From assembly GCA_043827025.1 (NCBI GenBank), contig JBDRPL010000032.1, forward strand, positions 33,110-97,109: a DNA stretch of 64,000 bases. Reading direction: 5' to 3'. The notes beneath the pieces are model-generated. The model made no database searches and had not been told where the DNA came from. It saw nothing but the letters and a program-made list of their open reading frames with translations. Source of the DNA: Candidatus Micrarchaeota archaeon (GTDB lineage: Archaea > Micrarchaeota > Micrarchaeia > Anstonellales > Bilamarchaeaceae). A program made the position numbers and the translations under genes. Each line of letters starts with the position of its first letter. Position 1 is the first letter of the stretch. Shown piece by piece: positions 9,087 through 18,588 of the stretch.

Positions 9087-10670
9087 TCATCCCCCCAGTT
9101 TGAATGTGTCTGTTAATTGCATACATGTTGATAATTCATCCATTGCAGTTGGGTAATCGCATAAAATTCCAAATACATAGTTATTTGATGCAAAATACCA
9201 TACAATTGTTTCGTATGCCATGCCATCGAGATATCCTTGATAAAGAACTGCCTGTGCAGAAACTCCTGAAACAGCTACCTGTTGTTCTTCGACTTTATAA
9301 AATCCGCCCATGTTCAGGATGTTTTCCGTATCTTTCCTTGCCTGCGAAACAGTCTTTCCCTGCGCCCAGACTATTATGTATTCCACTTGGTCAGTTGGAT
9401 TGGAGTAAAAATCAACTTCATTTGCACTAGTTTGGTCATATGTCCATCCTTGTGGAGGAATTATGGACCATAATGGGTCTGATTGATGGACAAACCTTTG
9501 TCCCTTTAGCGTTCCAGTGTTTCCTGGATCCGAAGTAACCCGGCCCTCCTTTATCCCCCATTTATCTAATATGTCTGTCGGAAGTGTTTCTAATTCGGGA
9601 GGTGTCACACCTGCTGCCTGAAGGGCTTGCACATCTATGATGATATATGGCCCTGTCTGTGCTTGCTGATATGACTGTTCTCCTCCAGCTACAGCTTCTT
9701 CAAATGATGCCTGGCTATTTAGCATTGTGGATTCTATAGGTATCCATATTCCACTTGGAAGCTGGATTACAGGGAACGCGTGTCCTGGCATGAGGATTAT
9801 ATATGCCTTGAGCCCTTGTGCAATTGCCAAACTTGAAAAGAAGATCGCAGTATCTATACACGTTCCTGCCTTGTCCCTTATCACATCTCTAGGGTATTTC
9901 AGGTATTGCGACATTTTTCCTGTCCAGAATGCTGCTGGTTCTGTTTTATATTGGATGTTGTTGAGAACTGAGATATCCCACATTCCCCGAAGGCTTGCAA
10001 TTGCGCCTTCATCAGAAAGTGATGCTCCTGCTCCCCCTGCAAGTTTGTTTCCAAGGTCTGCATATTCTCGTACTACGGGATCAGTTGGAGTCACCCAGGC
10101 CGCTATCAGGGGATAATTGTCAAAATTGTCATAAAATGTGCCAGTGTTTTTTTCTGGAGAGATGCTTGTGAAGATGAAATCATTTGCACCAAGTAGCATT
10201 ATCGACTTGCCTTCAGTTATCTCCTTTTCAGGATCATCTGGTTTTTCCGAATAAGTTATCTTGAAATTAATCTTTGATGTTTTAGATGTGGTGAGTTTTG
10301 TTATGTCGCCAGATATCAAAGGGTAATAAAGGTCAACAACAGTGCTGTTTGGAAGTAGTATCGAGTATTCCTTTCCTTCGCTCCAGTCGCTGTATTCCTC
10401 AAGCTTATATTCCACCCTTACGTTATAGAGTGGTGCGCTTCCGGAGTTCTTTATTATCATTTTCGCAGCCCAGAAACCGAGTTTTTCGTTACCGTATATT
10501 TTGTACGTTGCACTTGTAATGTGCTGGGGCATCAAAATTGTATGATCTATTTTCCCCTTTCCTTCAATGGGTGCAGTGAAAAACATCCATAAACAATATA
10601 TTCCTGCAATTATGAGTATTGCGCTTATTACTTCCTTGACAGGCACTTTAGACAAAACCAATATTACCAC
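9087..10670 (-). CDS. transglutaminase-like cysteine protease superfamily protein, N-terminal TM anchor
   Basis: Core GTCIDTAIFFSSLAIAQGLKAYIILMPGHAF (Cys...His) typical of transglutaminase-like domains. Confidence 0.55.
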   Translation of the reverse strand: MVILVLSKVPVKEVISAILIIAGIYCLWMFFTAPIEGKGKIDHTILMPQHITSATYKIYGNEKLGFWAAKMIIKNSGSAPLYNVRVEYKLEEYSDWSEGKEYSILLPNSTVVDLYYPLISGDITKLTTSKTSKINFKITYSEKPDDPEKEITEGKSIMLLGANDFIFTSISPEKNTGTFYDNFDNYPLIAAWVTPTDPVVREYADLGNKLAGGAGASLSDEGAIASLRGMWDISVLNNIQYKTEPAAFWTGKMSQYLKYPRDVIRDKAGTCIDTAIFFSSLAIAQGLKAYIILMPGHAFPVIQLPSGIWIPIESTMLNSQASFEEAVAGGEQSYQQAQTGPYIIIDVQALQAAGVTPPELETLPTDILDKWGIKEGRVTSDPGNTGTLKGQRFVHQSDPLWSIIPPQGWTYDQTSANEVDFYSNPTDQVEYIIVWAQGKTVSQARKDTENILNMGGFYKVEEQQVAVSGVSAQAVLYQGYLDGMAYETIVWYFASNNYVFGILCDYPTAMDELSTCMQLTDTFKLGG

Positions 10671-10708
10671 CTAATCAATATTATACTATTGACTTCGGAA
10701 TCACTATT

Positions 10709-11689
10709 TTAATGCTTTCCTATTGTTGTTTTCATTTTATCTATTCTGTAATTAGTGTCCATCTTCCATTCTCCAATCTTTTTCGTGCCATATTTTTTGT
10801 ATAAGAATTCTCCTGCAAATGCTATCATTCCGCCGTTGTCTCTGTTGAATTCATCTGGAGCAACTCCGAACGCAATACCATCTTCTTTGCACATCATAGC
10901 CAGCATTTTCTGCAGCCGTCTGTTTTGTGCAACTCCTCCGCATAACACTAGTTTCTTCTTTTTTGTCAGGAATAATGCCCTTTCAGTTGCCTCGCAGGTC
11001 ATTGCAAAAGAGGTTTCCATTAGCGAATAAGCCAAGTCTTCGCGTGACACTCCTTGTTTGTAGAGCTTTTCAGACTGTGTCAGCAACCCTGAAAAAACCA
11101 GGTTCATGCCTTTTACAGTGTATGGTAGCTCTACATACCTGCCTTTCTGCGCCAATTGCTCTATAACTGAACCATGGGCATATTCTAACCCTATGGCCCG
11201 TCCAAAAGCATCAAACAGATTCCCGATCCCAACATCAAGCGTTTCTCCTATCACATGAGGAAAACTTTTTTCGTATTTTATTATTTGGGTGTTGCCTCCG
11301 CTTAGATATAGAAACAGAGGATCATTCAATCCAGTAAGGTGTTCGCTTATTTTCAGGTGTGCATAGCAATGGTTCACTCCAATTAATTTCTTGTTGAAAA
11401 GATGAGCCAGGTACTTCGCCCCGGTAGTTCCTACTGCCAGTGGCGCTCCTATGCCAGGCCCTTGTGCAAATGCAATCACGTCCACATCCAGCATCCTTAT
11501 TTTTGCATGTTCAAGATTTTTCCTGAGCACTTCTGCAAAAAGCTCTGCATGGTGGTCAGCTGCCTTGCCAGGTATTATTCCTTCGTTTTTTGGCTTGTAC
11601 ATATCATGGATGTTGGAAAGCATTTTTCCATTTTTAACAATCCCAATGCCAAGCGTGTGGCAGGTGGATTCTATTCCAAGGGTTATCAT
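10709..11689 (-). CDS. kae1: tRNA t6A synthase Kae1/TsaD
   Basis: MITLGIESTCHTLGIGIV N-terminus, ASKHA fold, metal-binding HCYAH, 326 aa (no Bud32 fusion). Confidence 0.85.
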   Translation of the reverse strand: MITLGIESTCHTLGIGIVKNGKMLSNIHDMYKPKNEGIIPGKAADHHAELFAEVLRKNLEHAKIRMLDVDVIAFAQGPGIGAPLAVGTTGAKYLAHLFNKKLIGVNHCYAHLKISEHLTGLNDPLFLYLSGGNTQIIKYEKSFPHVIGETLDVGIGNLFDAFGRAIGLEYAHGSVIEQLAQKGRYVELPYTVKGMNLVFSGLLTQSEKLYKQGVSREDLAYSLMETSFAMTCEATERALFLTKKKKLVLCGGVAQNRRLQKMLAMMCKEDGIAFGVAPDEFNRDNGGMIAFAGEFLYKKYGTKKIGEWKMDTNYRIDKMKTTIGKH

Positions 11690-11697
11690 TTCAACAC

Positions 11698-12210
11698 CTA
11701 TCCTACAAATGTCTTCACTGCATATATAGAAATTAGATTATATATAAAATGTATCATCACGCATGGAACTATGCTTTTTGATCTGTAATATATTGATGCA
11801 AGCACTATCCCAATGACAAACGTGCCTGCGAATTCATATAACGAGCCGTAGGATATGTGGACTATAGAAAAAAGTATGGAGGAAAATAATATGCCAGAAT
11901 ACGGTAAACCCTTGATGATAAGCCTTTTGGACAAATATGCCCTGAACAATAATTCTTCTGAAATTGGCGCTAGGATTATTGCAAGCAAAAGCACGTACAA
12001 TGGAAGTTGGTCGATTGTTTCGACTATCTTGTTTTGATCGTTTATTCCGAAAGAATTCAGCGAAAGATAGATGAGTATCGAAAGAAAGTATATCGAGAGC
12101 AGCCCGATTATTGTATATTTCGTGTTGTTCCAAAAATCTCCAACACCCATCCTTTTCACAGTTTCCTTGAAATCCTTTTTCCAAAGTAGGTAAAGGCTTC
12201 CTGAGACCAT
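11698..12210 (-). CDS. CPBP (CAAX) family intramembrane metalloprotease; start uncertain
   Basis: Motif 1 SEELLFRAYL, motif 2 FSIVHISYG, motif 3 HFIYN; the track ORF extends to 12405 but that N-terminal extension overlaps rps27ae in another frame, so an internal start (MVSGS) or an alternative start is assumed. Confidence 0.6.
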   Translation of the reverse strand: MVSGSLYLLWKKDFKETVKRMGVGDFWNNTKYTIIGLLSIYFLSILIYLSLNSFGINDQNKIVETIDQLPLYVLLLAIILAPISEELLFRAYLSKRLIIKGLPYSGILFSSILFSIVHISYGSLYEFAGTFVIGIVLASIYYRSKSIVPCVMIHFIYNLISIYAVKTFVG

Positions 12211-12295
12211 CACCAGTTCTAGGAAGATAGTGCTAAGAAGGCTGTGTGCCAGTACCAATATCACGAAAAGAATAAGAAAAATTATTGAGATTATC

Positions 12296-12475
12296 TTAAG
12301 ATTTTTTTTCAAAGTATCCACATTTTCCACAGGATTTTCTGTCCTTGTGGTCTGCAAGCTTAACGCCAGCTCCGCATTTAGGGCAGTCTTTCTTTCCCTT
12401 GACATATGGCTTTGTTACTTTGCCTTTCTTTTTTGCAACTGCTTTTGGTTTTTCCTTGTCTTTTTTCTCTGCCAT
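12296..12475 (-). CDS. rps27ae: 30S ribosomal protein S27ae (zinc-binding, 59 aa)
   Basis: Manual translation [59 protein letters not shown]; CPxCG...DR..CGKCGY signature; 10 nt downstream of rps24e; absent from the ORF track (<60 aa). Confidence 0.8.
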   Translation of the reverse strand: MAEKKDKEKPKAVAKKKGKVTKPYVKGKKDCPKCGAGVKLADHKDRKSCGKCGYFEKKS

Positions 12476-12485
12476 TCATTCACCT

Positions 12486-12818
12486 TTATTTTTTCTTCGG
12501 AGCTGCGGCCTTAGCTGCCTTGACCTTCTTGACCCTCTGCGCCCTTGGGACGTCTCTTGTGATGATATATTCCGGCTCCATTTTTTTCATACCTTCTGCA
12601 TCCTTGTATAGGTGAAGCGTAACTGAGATTCGTTTCCTTCCAAATTCATTTTTCGTTTTCCTGAGGACTGCAAAATCAGTGTTTGCACCTAATTTTCCGC
12701 ACACGAGTTCTTTTATTTGAATCCTGTTCGGAGTTGCTGCATCAAATGTGATTGTAGCTTCAACTTCTTTCCTATTGAGTAACTTGTTTTCTTTTTCAGA
12801 TTCTATATTCAGTTCCAT
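12486..12818 (-). CDS. rps24e: 30S ribosomal protein S24e
   Basis: ENKLLNRKEVEATITF...ELVCGKLGA and Lys-rich C-terminus; start set at MELNIE. Confidence 0.75.
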   Translation of the reverse strand: MELNIESEKENKLLNRKEVEATITFDAATPNRIQIKELVCGKLGANTDFAVLRKTKNEFGRKRISVTLHLYKDAEGMKKMEPEYIITRDVPRAQRVKKVKAAKAAAPKKK

Positions 12819-12835
12819 ATATCCACCGTTTAGTA

Positions 12836-13234
12836 TCATCTTATTCTTTCTATCTTTCTTCGCCCCATTGATTCAAGTACGTCTGCTTCTTTTCCAGGGG
12901 CCACTTGGTCCATAAGTTCTTCAGGTACATCAAGATCGTACATTTCATAGGTTTGTGAATCCATGACCTTGATAGTCTTTCCTTCGACAGACATTATCTG
13001 GACTGATTTCCTGTCAATTATTGGAATTTCAATTGTAGCGTCTCCAGGAGTAAGGATGACTTTTTTCTGGCCGTCGAAAATGCCTATTGCAGTTATTCTT
13101 AGTTTTGCTCCGCCGTGTTTTCCTGATTTGGATTTGTCTATATTAACTATTTTGCATGGCACTCCATCTGCCAGCATGTACTTTCCATCTTTCAGGTCTT
13201 TTGCATCTCCTAGGGTTTTTTCATTACTCATCAT
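12836..13234 (-). CDS. eif5a: translation initiation factor 5A (aIF-5A)
   Basis: Hypusine loop KSKSGKHGGAK, GxxCKIV, OB-fold C-terminus. Confidence 0.85.
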   Translation of the reverse strand: MMSNEKTLGDAKDLKDGKYMLADGVPCKIVNIDKSKSGKHGGAKLRITAIGIFDGQKKVILTPGDATIEIPIIDRKSVQIMSVEGKTIKVMDSQTYEMYDLDVPEELMDQVAPGKEADVLESMGRRKIERIR

Positions 13235-13346
13235 ATACCACCATTTGAGGTTTAAATTTTCAAAAAGATAGAACTTTTATGGAACATTAGCTTTTTTAAT
13301 ATAGCAGATACGCTTTTCGCCGTATAGATATCATTAGGCTAGCACT

Positions 13347-13357
13347 ATTTTTTAAAT
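13347..13357 (+). promoter_or_regulatory. TATA-box-like element (ttttttaaata) ~28 nt upstream of ubiX ATG; consistent with a leaderless transcript
   Basis: Sequence and spacing only. Confidence 0.3.
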
Positions 13358-13379
13358 AGGATACGATTAACTTTTAATT

Positions 13380-13913
13380 ATGCATTTGATTGTAGCAATA
13401 ACTGGTGCATCAGGCATAGCCTATGGCACAAGGCTTGTGGAGGCTTTGAAGAAGCTGAAAGCTAGCCATTCGGTGATAATCAGCGAAGGTGCCAGAAAAG
13501 TTGCTGAAGCCGAAGGCCAGAAACTGCCCAAATCCGATTATAGTGAAAAAGAGATTGGCGCTCCGTCTGCCTCAGGTTCGCACAAGGTAGATGGGATGAT
13601 AATCTGCCCCTGTTCGCTAAAGACTCTTGGCGAGATAGCTAACGGAGTAGGAGAGAATCTTGTCACAAGGTCTGCTGAAGTCATGCTAAAGGAAAGAAGA
13701 AAATTGGTTTTAGTTGTGCGTGAGACTCCTCTTTCATACATTGCCATAAAGAATATGGAAACAGTTACAGTTGCAGGTGCAGTAATTCTGCCAGCATCCC
13801 CTGGTTTCTATCATAATCCAAAATCCATCAACGATCTATTGGATTTCGTTGTTGGAAAGACATTGGACCAGTTTGGGATTGAACACGCTCTATTTAAAAG
13901 ATGGAAGTCGTAA
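13380..13913 (+). CDS. ubiX: UbiX-family flavin prenyltransferase (prFMN synthase)
   Basis: MHLIVAITGASGIAYGTRL N-terminus, flavoprotein fold; upstream of the UbiD homologue. Confidence 0.8.
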   Translation: MHLIVAITGASGIAYGTRLVEALKKLKASHSVIISEGARKVAEAEGQKLPKSDYSEKEIGAPSASGSHKVDGMIICPCSLKTLGEIANGVGENLVTRSAEVMLKERRKLVLVVRETPLSYIAIKNMETVTVAGAVILPASPGFYHNPKSINDLLDFVVGKTLDQFGIEHALFKRWKS

Positions 13914-13922
13914 GGTGTTTTT

Positions 13923-14180
13923 ATGATGCCATTACCCCCGATAATTTATAGGAAACTCAAATGCCAGAAATGCAAGAAGTTTGTCGAATTCATAGGGAAT
14001 ACTCCTGATGTTCCGGATCTGCCTCCAAGAGAAACTATCATTCCACCAGAGCTTGTCCTTTATATGAAAGGTATAGAGAAACGTGGATCGATTCCGTACT
14101 TTTGTGCCCTTCCTCCAAAAAGTTGGCCAAAAGGATGGAAGCCTTTTTGTCCTAAATGCGGGTCTGAACTTGAATATTAA
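13923..14180 (+). CDS. small zinc-ribbon protein (paralogue 1)
   Basis: CxxC...CxxC (CQKCKK...CPKCGSE); 85 aa; paralogous to the next ORF. Confidence 0.5.
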   Translation: MMPLPPIIYRKLKCQKCKKFVEFIGNTPDVPDLPPRETIIPPELVLYMKGIEKRGSIPYFCALPPKSWPKGWKPFCPKCGSELEY

Positions 14181-14190
14181 TAAATAAGTT

Positions 14191-14397
14191 ATGGGGTTAT
14201 TTATGTCAAAACTTTTCTGTCCGAAGTGCAAGAAAGGGGTTGTTCTACTTGGCGGAGATGTAGTTGACGAAAGAACTGAGGAGCTTATGCAAAAAATAAA
14301 GGATGAAGGGAATATTCCAATGATGAAAGGTTATCCTCCAGTTGGCTACAAATTATTATGTCCCGTTTGCCAGACGGTGCTTCAGAAAAAAAGGTGA
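14191..14397 (+). CDS. small zinc-ribbon protein (paralogue 2)
   Basis: CPKCKK...CPVCQ; shares MKG..P...CP.C with paralogue 1. Confidence 0.5.
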   Translation: MGLFMSKLFCPKCKKGVVLLGGDVVDERTEELMQKIKDEGNIPMMKGYPPVGYKLLCPVCQTVLQKKR

Positions 14398-14401
14398 AAA
14401 A

Positions 14402-15697
14402 ATGATTTCGTTTCGTGAATTTGTTGAAAAAATTAAGAAGAATGGAAAATTGGTTGAATTGAAGAAGCCAATCTCAAAGTATCTTGACCTTGCCGGGATT
14501 TTGAGCCAGCTGGATGGCAAGCCTGTAATTGGCGAGGCGAAAGAAGGAGGCAGGTTCGCAGGTAATGTCTTTTCCACAAAGGAATTGGTTGCTGAATGCC
14601 TTGGCGTTTCAGTAAGCGAACTCATCCCTAAACTGACGAATGCAATCAACAATCCAACAAAACCCAAGACTGTAGACGCTAAGAACGCGCCTGTTCTTGA
14701 AGTCGAAGAAAAGAACGTTGATCTTTCAAAACTACCCATTCCATTCCATGCTGAAAAAGACGGCGGGCCTTATTTTTCTTCGGCTGTAATCATTGCAAAT
14801 GATTCCCAATACGGCAGAAACTGTTCATTTCATCGAATGATGGTGATTGGCAAAGACGAATTGGTGATGCGAATACTTCCAAGGCATCTTAATGAATTCA
14901 TAAAGCGCGCTGGCGGAGAGCTTGATGTTGCGTTTGTCCTTGGCGCTCCAATAAATGTCCTTCTTTCAGGCGCAATCTCAGTTGATCTTGGAAAGGATGA
15001 ATTGACCATTGCCAATAGTTTGATGCCTGTGAACACTGTCAAACTAAGTAATGGTATTGAAGTTCCTGCAGATGCGGAATTTGCATTCGAAGGAAAAATC
15101 ACAAAGGAAATGGTTGATGAAGGTCCGTTCATAGATCTTACTGAAACATATGACATTGTAAGGAAACAGCCGGTGATGAAAGTCACTAGGGTTTATCATA
15201 GAAAAGATCCAATCTGGCACGTTCTTCTGCCTGGTGGTCTGGAGCACAAGATATTGATGGGAATGCCAAGAGAGCCAACCATCTTCAATGAAGTCAATAA
15301 GGTTTGTGAGTGCAAGGGCGTCAATATAACTCCGGGAGGTTGCTCATGGCTTCATGCCGTGGTTGCAATAAGGAAAAAGAAGGAAGATGATGGCAAGAAG
15401 GCAATTGAAGCTGCATTCAAAGGTCACAAGTCATTGAAGCACGTTGTAATTGTTGATGAAGATATTGACATCTACAATCCAATGAGTGTTGAATGGGCAA
15501 TTGCAACAAGGGTTCAGGCAGACAAAAGCATAGTGATAAAGCAGAATGAGAAAGGTTCTTCTCTTGACCCCTCGGCAGACCCGAACACATTGGCAACAAC
15601 AAAGATGGGTGTTGATGCCACAAAGCCACTAGTCGCTCATGGGAAAAACTTTGAGATGGCAGACTACAAGAAGATGGATGTGAAGAAATATCTCTAA
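14402..15697 (+). CDS. ubiD: UbiD-family decarboxylase (likely anhydromevalonate-phosphate decarboxylase)
   Basis: N-term MISFREFVEKIKKNGKLVELKKPIS typical of UbiD; ~430 aa; genomic context with ubiX and acnX; start moved to 14402 because the upstream part of the track ORF overlaps the zinc-ribbon gene. Confidence 0.75.
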   Translation: MISFREFVEKIKKNGKLVELKKPISKYLDLAGILSQLDGKPVIGEAKEGGRFAGNVFSTKELVAECLGVSVSELIPKLTNAINNPTKPKTVDAKNAPVLEVEEKNVDLSKLPIPFHAEKDGGPYFSSAVIIANDSQYGRNCSFHRMMVIGKDELVMRILPRHLNEFIKRAGGELDVAFVLGAPINVLLSGAISVDLGKDELTIANSLMPVNTVKLSNGIEVPADAEFAFEGKITKEMVDEGPFIDLTETYDIVRKQPVMKVTRVYHRKDPIWHVLLPGGLEHKILMGMPREPTIFNEVNKVCECKGVNITPGGCSWLHAVVAIRKKKEDDGKKAIEAAFKGHKSLKHVVIVDEDIDIYNPMSVEWAIATRVQADKSIVIKQNEKGSSLDPSADPNTLATTKMGVDATKPLVAHGKNFEMADYKKMDVKKYL

Positions 15698-15752
15698 TAC
15701 GCACTTTGCCATGCGTGCGAATACTTTTATATTCTATAGTTGAATCTTTACC

Positions 15753-16337
15753 ATGAAAAAATTACTGTTAGTTGTTTTTCTGCTGTTTGTTTTTGGTTGC
15801 ACAAGCATGACTCCGGATGCGAGCACAAATGCAAGTGCGAAGACCCAGGCAAATGCAGCGGATGGAAGTGTTGCTATGACAAAAAACATTGTTGAAAAAG
15901 GAGATATGGTCTCAGTGGATTATGTAGGAACTCTAAGTGATGGGACTGTATTTGACACAAGCCTTAGGGATGTTGCTCAAAACGCAGGCCTTGAGCTGAG
16001 ACCGAGCTACCAGCCATTGTCATTTAGCGTAGGCGCAGGCCAGATGATTCCAGGTTTTGATAATGGGGTAGTTGGTATGAAAGAAGGCGAAGAAAAAACC
16101 ATTTTCATAAATGCAAAGGATGCCTATGGGGAATCCACTCCTGACAATATCGTTCAAGTTCCGGTCGATGCAATTGATGGTACACCTACCGTAGGGCAGA
16201 TATTGCAGGCAAACAATGGTGCAATGGGTGTTGTAACCTCTGTAACTAGTGATAGGATTACAGTTGATTTCAACCATCCGTTGGCAGGAAAGGATTTAAC
16301 CTTTAAAGTAACAGTAAGAAGCATAAAAAAGAAGTAA
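15753..16337 (+). CDS. FKBP-type peptidyl-prolyl isomerase, lipoprotein
   Basis: Signal + lipobox (LLFVFGCTS), GDMVSVDYVGTLSDGTVFDTS, FSVGAGQMIPGFD. Confidence 0.8.
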   Translation: MKKLLLVVFLLFVFGCTSMTPDASTNASAKTQANAADGSVAMTKNIVEKGDMVSVDYVGTLSDGTVFDTSLRDVAQNAGLELRPSYQPLSFSVGAGQMIPGFDNGVVGMKEGEEKTIFINAKDAYGESTPDNIVQVPVDAIDGTPTVGQILQANNGAMGVVTSVTSDRITVDFNHPLAGKDLTFKVTVRSIKKK

Positions 16338-16376
16338 AATTGATTGGTTATCGAATTAGATGGTTGAGTTGGTCGA

Positions 16377-17594
16377 ATGATTCTTACAAAGCAAGAGCAG
16401 AAGATGCTTGAAGGAGAGCATGGCGAAGCAGTTCAGCAGTCAATGGAGATACTTGTTGCACTTGGCAAGATCTACGATGCTGAGAAAATGATCCAAGTGA
16501 AAAGTGCGCAGATATCCGGCGTCTCATATAAAACTATTGGTGATGCAGGGCTTGCATATCTGCAGGATTTGGCTTCCAAGCATGCAAGAGTCAAAATCCC
16601 ATCTTTCCTGAATCCAGCTGGCATGGATCGACGCCAGTGGAAGGAGATGAAAATTCCAGAAGAGTTTGCAAAAAAGCAGATTGAAATCCTTGATGCATAT
16701 ACTTCGATGCACATTATGCCTACCTGCACTTGTGCACCCTATGAAATCGGGATAAGACCTAGAAAACATGACCACATTGCATGGTCTGAGAGCTCGGCAG
16801 TTTCTTTTACAAACTCTGTTTTAGGCGCACGAACCAATCGAGAAGGCGGGCCAAGCGCATTGGCAGCTGCAATTTGTGGCATTACTCCTTCCTATGGGTT
16901 GCATCTTGATGAGAACAGAGTTTCAGAATTGGTTATTGATGTTGAATGCAAACTGAATAATGCAAGCGATTTTGCAGCATTGGGCGTTTATGTTGGCAAG
17001 CTTGCAAAGAACAAGCACCCTGCATTTAAAGGAGTGAGAAAGAGCATGTACGGCTCAAGAATACATGATGAGGATTTGCTCAAATCCCTTGGTGCAGCAA
17101 TGGCAGCCTCGGGTTCAGTAGCATTGTTTTATGTGGAGGATACGACTCCAGAATATGCAGTTTCAAAAAAACCGGAAAAAATCTCATTCACTGAAAAGGA
17201 ATTGAATGCCGCCAGGAAGGAATTGAACAAATGCAATGAAAAGCCGGAGATAATAACTCTTGGCTGTCCGCACGCTTCCCTTGAACAGATAAGGGAGGTT
17301 GCAAAACTTCTGCGAAAGAAAAAACTTACTTGCGAACTATGGGTATGCACATCACAGCAGATGAAGAAAAGGGCAGATGCCTATGGCTATGCAGCAATAA
17401 TAGAAAAAGCAGGTGGAAAATTAATCGCAGATACTTGCATGGTTGTCTGCCCATTGGAAACAATTGGATACAAAATCACAGGAGCAGATTCAGGTAAGGC
17501 AGCCAAATATTTAGAGAGCCTGTGCAAGCAGAAGGTCGTCTTCAATGACATGAAGACGCTGATTGAGAATAACTCTGAATCCATAAAGAAGTGA
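16377..17594 (+). CDS. AcnX-type phosphomevalonate dehydratase, large subunit (DUF521)
   Basis: MILTKQEQKMLEGEHGEAVQQSMEILVALGK N-terminus characteristic of AcnX; ~400 aa. Confidence 0.7.
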   Translation: MILTKQEQKMLEGEHGEAVQQSMEILVALGKIYDAEKMIQVKSAQISGVSYKTIGDAGLAYLQDLASKHARVKIPSFLNPAGMDRRQWKEMKIPEEFAKKQIEILDAYTSMHIMPTCTCAPYEIGIRPRKHDHIAWSESSAVSFTNSVLGARTNREGGPSALAAAICGITPSYGLHLDENRVSELVIDVECKLNNASDFAALGVYVGKLAKNKHPAFKGVRKSMYGSRIHDEDLLKSLGAAMAASGSVALFYVEDTTPEYAVSKKPEKISFTEKELNAARKELNKCNEKPEIITLGCPHASLEQIREVAKLLRKKKLTCELWVCTSQQMKKRADAYGYAAIIEKAGGKLIADTCMVVCPLETIGYKITGADSGKAAKYLESLCKQKVVFNDMKTLIENNSESIKK

Positions 17595-18181
17595 TGATTA
17601 TGCAAATCAAGACCCAAGCAAAAAAGAAAAAAAAGGTTGAAGGGATGGGTAAAACAGACCTATTCTTTTATGTTGGGTTACTTGGTATGCTCACTCTTAT
17701 TTTCGGAGTATTTGCCCAACCAGCAACACTTTTACAAAAATCCTTGTTCCTCATTGGTGCGTCTATACTTGCCCTAGTTGCATTAAAAGATAATCAGAAG
17801 ATGCTATTGGTTTTGCAGATGCTTATCACATTTGCCAATATCCTGGCTTTTTTGGATTTTGGAGGTATTCTTAAGTATGGCCTATTGCTGGGTGTTGCGA
17901 TAGTTGGAATCGGTTACCTTGTGTTCATCAAATACTATGAAACAGATCGTTTTGGTTGGATAGGGACTGTTGGCCTTTTGCTGCTTGCAATTGGTTTTGC
18001 CACTGACGCTAGTACACAACCATTTTATTTTGGAATTTTACTTGGATCAGGTGCATTGCTTGTTGCGGCATACTCTTTTATAGACTATTATCAGACCAAA
18101 GGAAAGATCTCACTTATTTGGTTTGTTTTGAACATAATATTTGCAATAAATCCTTTGATATTGGCTTTAACAAACATGTGA
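17591..18181 (+). CDS. hypothetical polytopic membrane protein
   Basis: ~6 hydrophobic helices; inserted between the two acnX subunit genes; 4-nt start/stop overlap. Confidence 0.45.
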   Translation: MMIMQIKTQAKKKKKVEGMGKTDLFFYVGLLGMLTLIFGVFAQPATLLQKSLFLIGASILALVALKDNQKMLLVLQMLITFANILAFLDFGGILKYGLLLGVAIVGIGYLVFIKYYETDRFGWIGTVGLLLLAIGFATDASTQPFYFGILLGSGALLVAAYSFIDYYQTKGKISLIWFVLNIIFAINPLILALTNM

Positions 18182-18185
18182 TTAT

Positions 18186-18584
18186 ATGGATGTCCTCGGT
18201 AGAATTATCTCAAAAGGGAAAGCAAGTGGCCCAGTTCTCATTTCGAAAGATTCAATTTCATTCCTTGGAGGAGTTGATCCGAAAACCGGAATCGTAATCG
18301 AGAAAGGCCATGCAATCGAAGGAAAGAATGTTTCAGGAAAAGTTTTGGTTTTTCCTTCTGGAAAAGGTTCGACGGTTGGATCTTATGTCATGCTTCAATT
18401 AAAGAAGAATGGGACAGCGCCAGTTGCAATTATAAACCTGGAGGCGGAGCCAATCATCGCAGTTGGCGCAATCATCGCACACATTCCATTATTGGATCAA
18501 TTGGAAAAGGATCCGTTCAAACTATTGAAAGACGGACAGACAGTTACAGTGGATGCGGATAAAGGAATATTGAGCTACGTGTGA
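18186..18584 (+). CDS. AcnX-type phosphomevalonate dehydratase, small subunit (DUF126)
   Basis: 132 aa, GKASGPVLISKDSISFLGGVDPKTG pattern typical of the AcnX small subunit. Confidence 0.65.
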   Translation: MDVLGRIISKGKASGPVLISKDSISFLGGVDPKTGIVIEKGHAIEGKNVSGKVLVFPSGKGSTVGSYVMLQLKKNGTAPVAIINLEAEPIIAVGAIIAHIPLLDQLEKDPFKLLKDGQTVTVDADKGILSYV

Positions 18585-18588
18585 TATT

